Shown here piece by piece: positions 16,945 to 29,300 of a stretch of DNA of 64,000 nt. This stretch comes from Eledone cirrhosa. Its lineage: Eukaryota. Made by a program: the position numbers and the translations under genes. A model generated the notes under the pieces. That model saw nothing but the letters and a program-made list of their open reading frames with translations, was not told the DNA's origin and did no database searches. Each line of letters opens with the position of its first letter. Position 1 is the first letter of the stretch. The stretch covers positions 127,844,001 through 127,908,000 of the forward strand of contig OZ024741.1 in the NCBI GenBank assembly GCA_964016885.1, given 5' to 3'.

Positions 16945-17044
16945 CGAGGTTAACTTTGCCTTTCATCCTTACGGGGTCGATAAAATAAAGTACCAGTAAT
17001 GTACTGGGTAATTGCTGGCCTTGTGCCAAAAGTAGAAAAAATTA
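16945..17044 (+). mobile_element. 5'-truncated SINE inserted in the upstream pLTR copy
   Basis: cgaggttaactttgcctttcatccttacggggtcgataaaataaagtacc...gtagaaa; absent from the downstream copy. Confidence 0.85.
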
Positions 17045-18129
17045 TCTCTAATTTTAATTCTATAATAAATAGGCGTACGGATTTATTTTCGATCTGCTTG
17101 CATAAATCCCATAGAACTTTCCATAAAGTATACAGCTAATATCTTACTACTTAATTAGTTTAAAATCTTCTTTTCTCAAACGCTTTTATATCTTTTACAA
17201 ATATACCCATCTTTCTACCTTATACAATTTACTCATACTTTGTCGTTAGCGGTCCCCTATTTTCTTCTTTTTTATCCTTTTTTCTTTTTTAATTTCTAAT
17301 CTTTAATCTGCAACTTTTACTTCTCAATTACTTCTTAATTCATATTATAACTCACTATAGCATTTTCCTTATATTCTCGGCCATACAAATTTTTATTTTT
17401 AATATATACTAATATTACCATTAGTAAATTTTGTAAATATATATTTTTTTTGACGTTATATATTTTTTCTTCCTTGAATTTTCTTCTTTCTTCTCTCCTT
17501 CCGTGCTCGTATTAAACCTATTATTTACTTTTTCCTATTACAATACATAGAAACAAACTTGGACCCTAACTAATTCCTCTAAGTTCATAATTCATTTAAC
17601 CTTATCTTCATTCACCTTATCTCCTTAATATATTTTATTTTAATAATGCATTTTAATAAATTCCTTTTCGCACATATTATTAAACCCTTCAACATATAAA
17701 CCTTAAATAAATAGTATTCTTAATTCCTTTTTCTTTAATCATAAGCATCACCATTCATAAACCTCATTAACTTTTAATTTCAAAATTTTTTTAAAATTAT
17801 GTATTATCTTACAACGGTTTTTTTAAATTTCTCTCTGTGAGACAGTGTTTCTCAGTATTAAGGGTTATCTCTCTCTCTCTCACTCATTTTCTCCTCGTCT
17901 CTCATCCTTCCTTCTTATACTCCTCCTCCGTCATCCTTTCCTTATTATATATATATATATATATTTTTTTTTTCTGATTACATTCTTTCTTCCTCCTCCT
18001 TACCTTTTCCTTCCCCCTTTCCTTTCCTTTTTTTCCCAATCTCATATATCCATCTTATTTTATTTTTCATATGTTGATTTAACACTTCACTGCTCGCAAG
18101 TGTTTTTTAAGCTTCATATCATGTTTCTC

Positions 18130-18200
18130 TATTTTATCTGATGAGAACGCAGATATCATCCCATGATGATATTTGTTTTTGAAATGCGCACAATAAAATA
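18130..18200 (+). ncRNA. Type I hammerhead ribozyme (variant at U16.1)
   Basis: stem I tattttat/ataaaata; CTGATGA; long stem II gcagatatcatc/gatgatatttgt; GAAA-TGCGCA-CA (palindromic stem III, C instead of conserved U). Confidence 0.7.
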
Positions 18201-18403
18201 CATGGGACTCTTTTAACCATCTTTTGATTTTATATTATTTATACTCCAGTCCTATAAACTGTTGAGTGCTACTTATACGATATTTGCATTGCTTTATTGT
18301 GCTACAATAAAATTCACCTCTTACACTAACTTGCTCCTTGACTGATTGAGCGTTAACTCTTATATCGGATACCTTCGATTGTCTCTAATTTTTCTTCTAT
18401 AAC

Positions 18404-20780
18404 ATGGATTATTACAACATCACAACCTCGCTTAAAGACATTCCTATACCTGGTAAATCTGAATTCACTAAACTTCTGATTGAAAAAACTGACTCTTTTG
18501 TGAGAAGGCTTAGATGGATCGCTTTTTTCCACGACCAGCGCTTAAAAGGAAATTTTTATACTAAGGAACGTAACAATATTGATCATTTATTTAACTCTAG
18601 AAGAAATCCTCCTTTCAATAAAAATCTAGCACAGTTTGAGGAAGAATTAACTAATATTATAAGAGGACTTAAATTCAAGAGAAACCCTTATAGAGGACAG
18701 GAGCACCTTATAAATCTCAGGAATACGATTTCGGACCTTAATTCCTCTAAAACAGTCTTAGTCCATTCCGACAAAACTAATAATTTATATAGTGTATCTA
18801 AAGATAAATATAATAACCTTATCCTTAAGGAACTAAGGAAGAATTATCGTAAAACTAACCATGAGAATCTGGAATCTATAAACTTGGAAGTTTCTGAGAT
18901 TATGTCTAAACTTGGCATCGAGAAAAAGACCGAACCATTCTTCCCAAGAACTCCGAGGATAAATCTTAAGGATCCCAAAAGTAACTTTCGAACGGAATTG
19001 CCTGTTAGACTAATCGCCCCCTCTAAATCAGATCTGGGGGTTGTTAGTAAATCCATCTTGGTTCGTTCTAATTGCTCTATTTCTAACTTAAATTTATGGA
19101 TTGGTACATCTGATGTAATTAACTGGTTCAATGACCTGAATAATAAAAACAAACAAAAATTTATTCAGTTTGACATTGCCAGTTACTATCCTTCTATTTC
19201 GCCTTCACTCCTCAACAACGCTCTATCTTTCGCATTTAAATATTCTGACATTACCACAGATGAACTTTACATCATTCTCATCGCAAGAAAACTATCCTGG
19301 AATTCAACAACGAATATTGGACTAGGGCTGATACTTCCAACAATTTTGATATCACAATGGGTTCGTCGGATTCAGCGCAATTGACGGCCTTGATTGGTAT
19401 CTTTATTTTGATTTCTTTAAATCGGAAAATTCCTCAACTTCGCGGTGGAATTTATCGTGATGATGCCCTTTTTACTGTCTTAAACTGTAACTTAATTAAC
19501 CTTAATATTATTAAGAATAATATATTTGATCTATTTAAGCGCCATAACCTAAAAATTGAATTTGAAAACAACGTCAAACTAGCTAACTTCCTGGATATAT
19601 CCCTTAATCTTGACACCGGCCTATATTATCCTTACCATAAAGACAATGAGAATCTAAATTATGTTCATTTTAAATCTAACCACCCTATTAACGTTAAAAA
19701 TGCTATAGTCAGTAATGTTGAAAAAAGAATCTCAAATCTATCTTCTAATAAAGTTATCTTTGACGCTTAAGCCAATTATTACAATAATGCGCTTTCCAGA
19801 GCCGGTTATCCTGACAAAATTAAATGCAGTAAAGAAACCAATCATCGAGGGACTTATAGTAATATAGTTAGTTATAAGCATTCCAATAACATAAAGAAAA
19901 GACCTAGATATAAAAATATGATTTGGTACAACGCTTATTTTTCTCTATCTATTATTAGTAATATTCCTAAACTATTTTTTAGGGCCTTAGATAAAAGTTT
20001 CCCTCCCTCGCATATTTATAGTAAGATCTTTAACAAACATACAATTAAATTCTCTTATTCCACCACTTCCAACATCTCTAACATTATCTCTAAACATATT
20101 AAGTAATAAATTATAACCATCCAACACTGAGCGTCATAATAATAGCAATAGTAAACCCGACGTCAATGTTAACTCTAGGCTAGATTCCATAAATTTAAAT
20201 ACGACGTCAAACGTAACTTTGTCGAATGTTCATAACACCAATCTAAATCAGGAAACTTTAGCACCTATCGTAAATAACTTCTCCAATCCAATTCCTTCTA
20301 TAAATAATACTAGGTCACTTGTTAATAACTCTGGTAATTTCTCTAATCGTAATTGCAATTGTCCTGTTAGAACTAAATGTCCTCTTAGTAATCAATGTCT
20401 TGATAAAAATTTAGTGTATGAATGTAAGGTTATAACTGGTACTAATTCTTTTACCTATTTTGGTTCCACTTCCACTTCCTTTAAAGCAAGATTTTATAAT
20501 CACAATTCTTCTTTTAAATACCAACATAAAAGAATTAACACGGCACTCTCAGAACTCATATGGTCCTTAAAGGACAAAAATATTAACTGCAGCATTTACT
20601 TGGAGGAAGGTTTGCAACGCCTCTCCTCACCTGAATTCTTCCCTATCCAGAACATGTAATCTCTGCCTGCGGAGAAATTTACCATTATCTCTAATTTTAA
20701 TTCTATAATAAATAGACGTACGGACTTATTTTCGACCTGCTTGCATAAATCCCATAGAACTTTCCATAAAGTATACAGCT
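18404..20780 (+). pseudogene. Penelope-like RT + GIY-YIG endonuclease ORF, disrupted
   Basis: SLKDIPIP..RRLRWIAFF; FIQFDIASYYPSI; FDITMGSSDSA; GIYRDDAL; FLDISLNL; CNCPVRTKCPLSNQC..LVYECKV..YFGST..FKARFYNH; frameshift ~19290, TAA at 19768 and 20104. Confidence 0.9.
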
Positions 20781-21654
20781 AATATCTTACTACTTAATTA
20801 GTTTAAAATCTTCTTTTTTCAAACGCTTTTATATCTTTTACAAATATACCCATCTTTCTACCTTATTTCAGTATATTATACAATTTACTCATACTTTGTC
20901 GTTAGCGGTCCCCTATTTTTCTTCTTTTTTTTTATCCTTTTTTCTTTTTTAATTTCTAATCTTTAATCTGCAACTTTTACCTCTCAATTACTTCTTAATT
21001 CATATTATAACTCACTATAGCATTTTCCTTATATTCTCGGCCATACAAATTTTTATTTTTAATATATACTAATATTACCATAAGTAAATTTTGTAAACAT
21101 ATATTTTTTTTGACGTTATATTTTTTCTTCCTTGAATTTTCATCTTTCTTCTCTCCTTCCGTGCTCGTATTAAACCTATTATTTACTTTTTCCTATTACA
21201 ATACATAGAAACAAACTTGGACCCTAACTAATTCCTCTAAGTTCATAATTCATTTAACCTTATCTTCATTCACCTTATCTCCTTAATATATTTTATTTTA
21301 ATAATGCATTTTAATAAATTCCTTTTCGCACATCTTATTAAACCCTTCAATATATAAACCTTAAATAAATAATATTCTTAATTCCTTTTTCTTTAATCAT
21401 AAGCATCACCATTCATAAACCTCATTAACTTTTAATTTCAAAATTTTTTTTAAATTGTGTATTATCTTACAACGGTTCTTTTTAAATTCCTCTCTGTGAG
21501 ACAGTGTTTTCTCAGTATTAAGGGTTATCTCTCTCTCTCTCTCTATCACTCATTTTCTCCTCCTCTCTCACGAAGGAGTTGTGGTAAGGAACCAGATGGA
21601 CCATAACGCACCAGAGTACTCAATACTTAGGGTAGTATATATATATATATCTAT

Positions 21655-21777
21655 CTAAGGCGGGTAAAATTCCCGAGATCCATGGACGAGTTCTCTCCAG
21701 CGGTCTCTGTCCTTCATTATCGCTGCCATGTCCTGCATCTCCAACAGACCAGTGTCTGTCCTTAGGGCATCAACATA

Positions 21778-21780
<3 letters not shown>
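21655..21780 (-). mobile_element. 3' tip of an RTE-type LINE
   Basis: SYVDALRTDTGLLEMQDMAAIMKDRDRWRELV, typical RTE C-terminal DR..WR motif, followed by (TAGA) tail. Confidence 0.65.
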
Positions 21781-21865
<85 letters not shown>

Positions 21866-22233
21866 AGGTAAAATCCTGACCGCGGCGTTAAGCAGTTCGG
21901 CTTGTGACATAAACCGAAACAGCTTGGCGCCGCGGTCTGGATTTCACCTATCTCTATACCAACTCTGCATTGAGTAATTCCATGATTAGTGGTTTCAGCA
22001 CCACATACTCTGTGTGTATATATATATTTATTTAAGTGAGTACATGAGTACATATTTTATTTGTTGTTCTATATATATGTACATAATAGTAGTTTTGTTT
22101 CACAACATGATATATGAAAAAGATTTTTGGGTATATCATTTAAATTTGTAAAAGGTATTATGCTTCCTGTTTAATGTCCATTGAGCTTTGTTGAGTAAAA
22201 TAATCAATATATAATTTATATATGTAGATTAAA

Positions 22234-22343
<110 letters not shown>

Positions 22344-22915
22344 ACTATTTGAATTTTACCGCCATATATAAGGTAAAAATTATATGAGTTGATGATACAA
22401 CCGTATAATGCATTCAGATATTTAAAACTCTAATATACGTATATATATATATATATATATTTAGAGAGAGAGAGAGAGAGGGGGGGGGGAGTGATTGTGT
22501 GGGTAGCCAAGTCTGTACCACTGTGTATATAAATATACAAAATTTTTATTTGCTGGAAGAGGCCGTATAAGCTGTGAGGGTTGTATGAACTCAGAGGGAA
22601 AGATACAAGAGAATCATTCTTGATTGAGGTTAAAAAGACTGATACCGTTGCTTCATATAATAGCGTGGAATAGGAGGAATTCAAATGAAGGAGTGAAGCA
22701 TGGTCAATGCAGGAGATGTCTGAATAAAAACTCATGTGAATGGGAGGTGGAAATGGTTGTCAAAGAGTGGTTTTAAACCAGGAACTGAGCAAGACAGGAG
22801 TAAGCACTCAGGACAAACTATATGAATCATACATAAAATGTACCACCCCAGTCCACAACAACTGGACTGAGGTGGTACTTGGTTTCTATCTCTGCAAATT
22901 TGCTTTGTTATAGAT

Positions 22916-23134
22916 AATAATTGTTTCTACTTTAGACACAAGGCTATCAATTTTGTGGGAGGTGAAAGTCGATTAAATCGACTACAGTGCTTACTGATAC
23001 TTTATTCTATCGACGCTATAAGGATGAAAGGCAAAGCTAATCTCGGCAGGATTTGAACTCAGAACTTAAAGGGCCATAATTCTATGCTGCAAAGCATTGT
23101 GTCTGATGCTGCCGTTTCTGCCAATCCACTGCTT
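22916..23134 (-). mobile_element. tRNA-derived SINE
   Basis: Full-length reverse copy: gtcgattaaatcgac, aaggatgaaaggcaaag, atttgaactcag, ctgccaatccactgc. Confidence 0.85.
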
Positions 23135-23154
23135 TTACAGGTGATAGTAATAAC

Positions 23155-23364
23155 AATAATTCTCTCTGGCATTGTCACATAGCTAACAAATTGAGGGAAG
23201 GGAAAAGTCGATTAAATCGACCCTAGTATTTCACTGGTACTTTATTTTATCGACTCCAGAAGGATGAAAGGCAAAGTTGTAAGCAGCGGAATTTGAACAT
23301 ACAACATAAAAATCTTAACTAAATACCGTAAGGCCTGTTGTCCAACTCGACCAATACTGACCAT
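23155..23364 (-). mobile_element. tRNA-derived SINE whose head runs into the 46-bp array
   Basis: Same diagnostic blocks; collinear with first satellite monomer at 23319-23364. Confidence 0.8.
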
Positions 23365-26300
23365 CTAAATACCGTAAGTCATGTTGTCCAACTCGACCAA
23401 TACTGACCATCTAAATACCGTAAGGCCCGTTGTCCAACTCTACCAGTACTGACCATCTAAATACCGTAAGGCCCGTTGTCCAACTCTACCAATACTACCC
23501 ATCTAAATACCGTAAGGCCTGTTGTCCAACTCGACCAATACTGACCATCTAAATACCGTAAGGCCCGTTGTCCAACTCTACCAATACTGACCATCTAAAT
23601 ACCGTAAGGCCCGTTGTCCAACTCTACCAGTACTGACCATCTAAATACCGTAAGGCCCGTTGTCCAACTCTACCAATACTACCCATCTAAATACCGTAAG
23701 CCATGTTGTCCAACTCTACCAGTACTGACTATCTAAATACCGTAAGTCATGTTGTCCAACTCTACCAGTACTGACCATCTAAATACCGTAAGTCATGTTG
23801 TCCAACTCTACCAATACTGACCATCTAAATACCGTAAGGCCCGTTGTCCAACTCTACCAGTACTGACCATCTAAATACCGTAAGGCCCGTTGTCCAACTC
23901 TACCAATACTACCCATCTAAATACCGTAAGGCCTGTTGTCCAACTCTACCAATACTGACCATCTAAATACCGTAAGTCATATTGTCCAACTCTACCAATA
24001 CTGACCATCTAAATGCCCGTTGTCCAACTCTACCAATACTGACCATCTAAATACCGTAAGGCCCGTTGACAACTCTACCAATACTGACCATCTAAATACC
24101 GTAAGTCATGTTGTCCAACTCTACCAATACTGAACATCTAAATACCGTAAGTCATGTTATCCAACTCTACCAGTACTGACCATCTAAATACCGTAAGGCC
24201 CGTTGTCCAACTCTACCAATACTGACCATCTAAATACCGTAAATCATGTTGTCCAACTCTACCAGTACTGACCATCTAAATACCGTAAGTCATGTTGTCC
24301 AACTCTACCAGTACTGACCATCTAAATACCGTAAGGCCCGTTGTCCAACTCTACCAATACTGACCATCTAAATACCGTAAGTCATGTTGTCCAACTCTTC
24401 CAATACTGACCATCTAAATACCGTAAGTCATGTTGTCCAACTCTACCAATACTGACCATCTAAATACCGTAAGTCATGTTGTCCAACTCTTCCAATACTG
24501 ACCATCTAAATACCGTAAGTCATGTTGTCCAACTCTACCAATACTGACCATCTAAATACCGTAAGTCATGTTGTCCAACTCTACCAGTACTGACCATCTA
24601 AATACCGTAAGTCATGTTGTCCAACTCTTCCAATACTGACCATCTAAATACCGTAAGTCATGTTGTCCAACTCTACCAATACTGACCATCTAAATACCGT
24701 AAGTCATGTTGTCCAACTCTACCAATACTGCCCATCTAAATACCGTAAGTCATGTTGTCCAACTCTTCCAATACTGACCATCTAAATACCGTAAGTCATG
24801 TTGTCCAACTCTACCAATACTGACCATCTAAATACCGTAAGGCCCGTTGTCCAACTCTACCAATACTGACCATCTAAATACCGTAAGTCATGTTGTCCAA
24901 CTCTACCAATACTGACCATCTAAATACCGTAAGTCATGTTATCCAACTCTACCAATACTGACCATCTAAATACCGTAAGTCATGTTGTCCAACTCTACCA
25001 ATACTGACCATCTAAATACCGTAAGTCATGTTGTCCAACCCTACCAATACTAACCATCTAAATACCGTAAGTCATGTTGTCCAACTCTACCAATACTGAC
25101 CATCTAAATACCGTAAGGCCTGTTGTCCAACTCTACCAATACTGCCCATCTAAATACCGTAAGTCATGTTGTCCAACTCTACAAATACTGCCCATCTAAA
25201 TACCGTAAGTCATGTTGTCCAACTCTACCAGTACTGACCATCTAAATACCGTAAGTCATGTTGTCCAACTCTACCAGTACTGACCATCTAAATACCGTAA
25301 GGCCTGTTGTCCAACTCTACCAATACTGACCATCTAAATACCGTAAGTCATGTTGTCCAACTCTACGAATACTGACCATCTAAATACCGTAAGTCATGTT
25401 GTCCAACTCTACCAGTACTGACCATCTAAATACCGTAAGTCATGTTGTCCAACTCTACCAGTACTGACCATCTAAATACCGTAAGGCCTGTTGTCCAACT
25501 CTTCCAATACTGACCATCTAAATACCGTAAGCCATGTTGTCCAACTCTTCCAATACTGACCATCTAAATACCGTAAGTCATGTTGTCCAACTCTACCAAT
25601 ACTGACCATCTAAATACCGTAAGTCATGTTATCCAACTCTACCAATACTGACCATCTAAATACCGTAAATCATGTTGTCCAACTCTACCAGTACTGACCA
25701 TCTAAATACCGTAAGTCATGTTGTCCAACTCTTCCAATACTGACCATCTAAATACCGTAAGCCATGTTGTCCAACTCTTCCAATACTGACCATCTAAATA
25801 CCGTAAGTCATGTTGTCCAACTCTACCAATACTGACCATCTAAATACCGTAAGCCATGTTGTCCAACTCTTCCAATACTGACCATCTAAATACCGTAAGC
25901 CATGTTGTCCAACTCTTCCAATACTGACCATCTAAATACCGTAAGCCATGTTGTCCAACTCTTCCAATACTGACCATCTAAATACCGTAAGTCATGTTGT
26001 CCAACTCTACCAGTATTGACCATCTAAATACCGTAAGTCATGTTGTCCAACTCTTCCAATACTGACCATCTAAATACCGTAAGCCATGTTGTCCAACTCT
26101 TCCAATACTGACCATCTAAATACCGTAAGTCATGTTGTCCAACTCTACCAATACTGACCATCTAAATACCGTAAGTCATGTTGTCCAACTCTTCCAATAC
26201 TGACCATCTAAATACCGTAAGTCATGTTGTCCAACTCTACCAATACTGACCATCTAAATACCGTAAGTCATGTTGTCCAACTCTACCAGTACTGACCATC

Positions 26301-29300
26301 TAAATACCGTAAGGCCTGTTGTCCAACTCTACCAATACTGCCCATCTAAATACCGTAAGTCATGTTGTCCAACTCTTCCAATACTGACCATCTAAATACC
26401 GTAAGTCATGTTGTCCAACTCTACCAATACTGACCATCTAAATACCGTAAGTCATGTTGTCCAACTCTTCCAATACTGACCATCTAAATACCGTAAGTCA
26501 TGTTGTCCAACTCTACCAATACTGACCATCTAAATACCGTAAGTCATGTTGTCCAACTCTACCAGTACTGACCATCTAAATACCGTAAGTCATGTTGTCC
26601 AACTCTTCCAATACTGACCATCTAAATACCGTAAGTCATGTTGTCCAACTCTACCAATACTGACCATCTAAATACCGTAAGTCTTGTTGTCCAACTCTAC
26701 CAATACTGACCATCTAAATACCGTAAGTCTTGTTGTCCAACTCTACCAATACTGACCATCTAAATACCGTAAGGCCTGTTGTCCAACTCTACCAATACTG
26801 ACCATCTAAATACCGTAAGTCATATTGTCCAACTCTACCAATACTGACCATCTAAATACCGTAAGTCATGTTGTACAACTCTACCAATACTGACCATCTA
26901 AATACCGTAAGGCCTGTTGTCCAACTCTTCCAATACTGACCATCTAAATACCGTAAGTCATGTTGTCCAACTCTACCAGTACTGACCATCTAAATACCGT
27001 AAGTCATGTTGTCCAACTCTACCAATACTGACCATCTAAATACCGTAAGTCATGTTGTCCAACTCTACCAGTACTGACCATCTAAATACCGTAAGTCATG
27101 TTGTCCAACTCTACCAATACTGACCATCTAAATACCGTAAGTCATGTTGTCCAACTCTACCAGTACTGACCATCTAAATACCGTAAGTCATGTTGTCCAA
27201 CTCTTCCAATACTGACCATCTAAATACCGTAAGTCATGTTGTCCAACTCTACCAATACTGACCATCTAAATACCGTAAGTCATGTTATCCAACTCTACCA
27301 ATACTGACCATCTAAATACCGTAAATCATGTTGTCCAACTCTACCAGTACTGACCATCTAAATACCGTAAGTCATGTTGTCCAACTCTTCCAATACTGAC
27401 CATCTAAATACCGTAAGCCATGTTGTCCAACTCTTCCAATACTGACCATCTAAATACCGTAAGTCATGTTGTCCAACTCTACCAGTACTGACCATCTAAA
27501 TACCGTAAGGCCTGTTGTCCAACTCTTCCAATACTGACCATCTAAATACCGTAAGTCATGTTGTCCAACTCTACCAGTACTGACCATCTAAATACCGTAA
27601 GTCATGTTGTCCAACTCTACCAATACTGCCCATCTAAATACCGTAAGGCCTGTTGTCCAACTCTTCCAATACTGACCATCTAAATACCGTAAGTCATGTT
27701 GTCCAACTCTTCCAATACTGACCATCTAAATACCGTAAGTCATGTTGTCCAACTCTTCCAATACTGACCATCTAAATACCGTAAGTCATGTTGTCCAACT
27801 CTACCAATACTGCCCATCTAAATACCGTAAGCCATGTTGTCCAACTCTTCCAATACTGACCATCTAAATACCGTAAGTCATGTTGTCCAACTCTTCCAAT
27901 ACTGACCATCTAAATACCGTAAGTCATGTTGTCCAACTCTTCCAATACTGACCATCTAAATACCGTAAGCCATGTTGTCCAACTCTTCCAATACTGACCA
28001 TCTAAATACCGTAAGTCATGTTGTCCAACTCTACCAATACTGACCATCTAAATACCGTAAGGCCTGTTGTCCAACTCTTCCAATACTGACCATCTAAATA
28101 CCGTAAGTCATGTTGTCCAACTCTACCAATACTGCCCATCTAAATACCGTAAGTCATGTTGTCCAACTCTTCCAATACTGACCATCTAAATACCGTAAGG
28201 CCTGTTGTCCAACTCTTCCAATACTGACCATCTAAATACCGTAAGGCCTGTTGTCCAACTCTTCCAATACTGACCATCTAAATACCGTAAGGCCTGTTGT
28301 CCAACTCTTCCAATACTGACCATCTAAATACCGTAAGTCATGTTGTCCAACTCTACCAGTACTGACCATCTAAATACCGTAAGTCATGTTGTCCAACTCT
28401 TCCAATACTGACCATCTAAATACCGTAAGTCATGTTGTCCAACTCTACCAATACTGACCATCTAAATACCGTAAGTCATGTTGTCCAACTCTACCAATAC
28501 TGCCCATCTAAATACCGTAAGTCATGTTGTCCAACTCTTCCAATACTGACCATCTAAATACCGTAAGTCATGTTGTCCAACTCTTCCAATACTGACCATC
28601 TAAATACCGTAAGTCATGTTGTCCAACTCTACCAATACTGCCCATCTAAATACCGTAAGGCCTGTTGTCCAACTCTTCCAATACTGACCATCTAAATACC
28701 GTAAGTCATGTTGTCCAACTCTTCCAATACTGACCATCTAAATACCGTAAGTCATGTTGTCCAACTCTTCCAATACTGACCATCTAAATACCGTAAGTCA
28801 TGTTGTCCAACTCTACCAATACTGCCCATCTAAATACCGTAAGCCATGTTGTCCAACTCTTCCAATACTGACCATCTAAATACCGTAAGTCATGTTGTCC
28901 AACTCTACCAATACTGACCATCTAAATACCGTAAGTCATGTTGTCCAACTCTTCCAATACTGACCATCTAAATACCGTAAGTCATGTTGTCCAACTCTAC
29001 CAGTACTGACCATCTAAATACCGTAAGTCATGTTGTCCAACTCTACCAATACTGACCATCTAAATACCGTAAGTCATGTTGTCCAACTCTACCAGTACTG
29101 ACCATCTAAATACCGTAAGTCATGTTGTCCAACTCTACCAATACTGACCATCTAAATACCGTAAGTCATGTTGTCCAACTCTACCAGTACTGACCATCTA
29201 AATACCGTAAGTGATGTTGTCCAACTCTTCCAATACTGACCATCTAAATACCGTAAGTCATGTTGTCCAACTCTACCAATACTGACCATCTAAATACCGT

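Larger units (their letters stand above)
16208..21570 (+). mobile_element. Near full-length Penelope-like element with partial tandem duplication (pLTR-ORF-pLTR)
   Basis: 16208-~17900 is a direct repeat of 20152-21570; hammerhead at 18130-18200 upstream of the ATG; RT and GIY-YIG ORF between. Confidence 0.9.

Noticed and set aside
18404-20780. Active or recoded (UGA/selenocysteine) Penelope ORF
   Set aside because: Interruptions are TAA stops and frameshifts, consistent with decay.
22540-22810. Host exon or LINE 3' end
   Set aside because: No clear splice sites or motif; possibly a very old LINE remnant but not supportable by eye.
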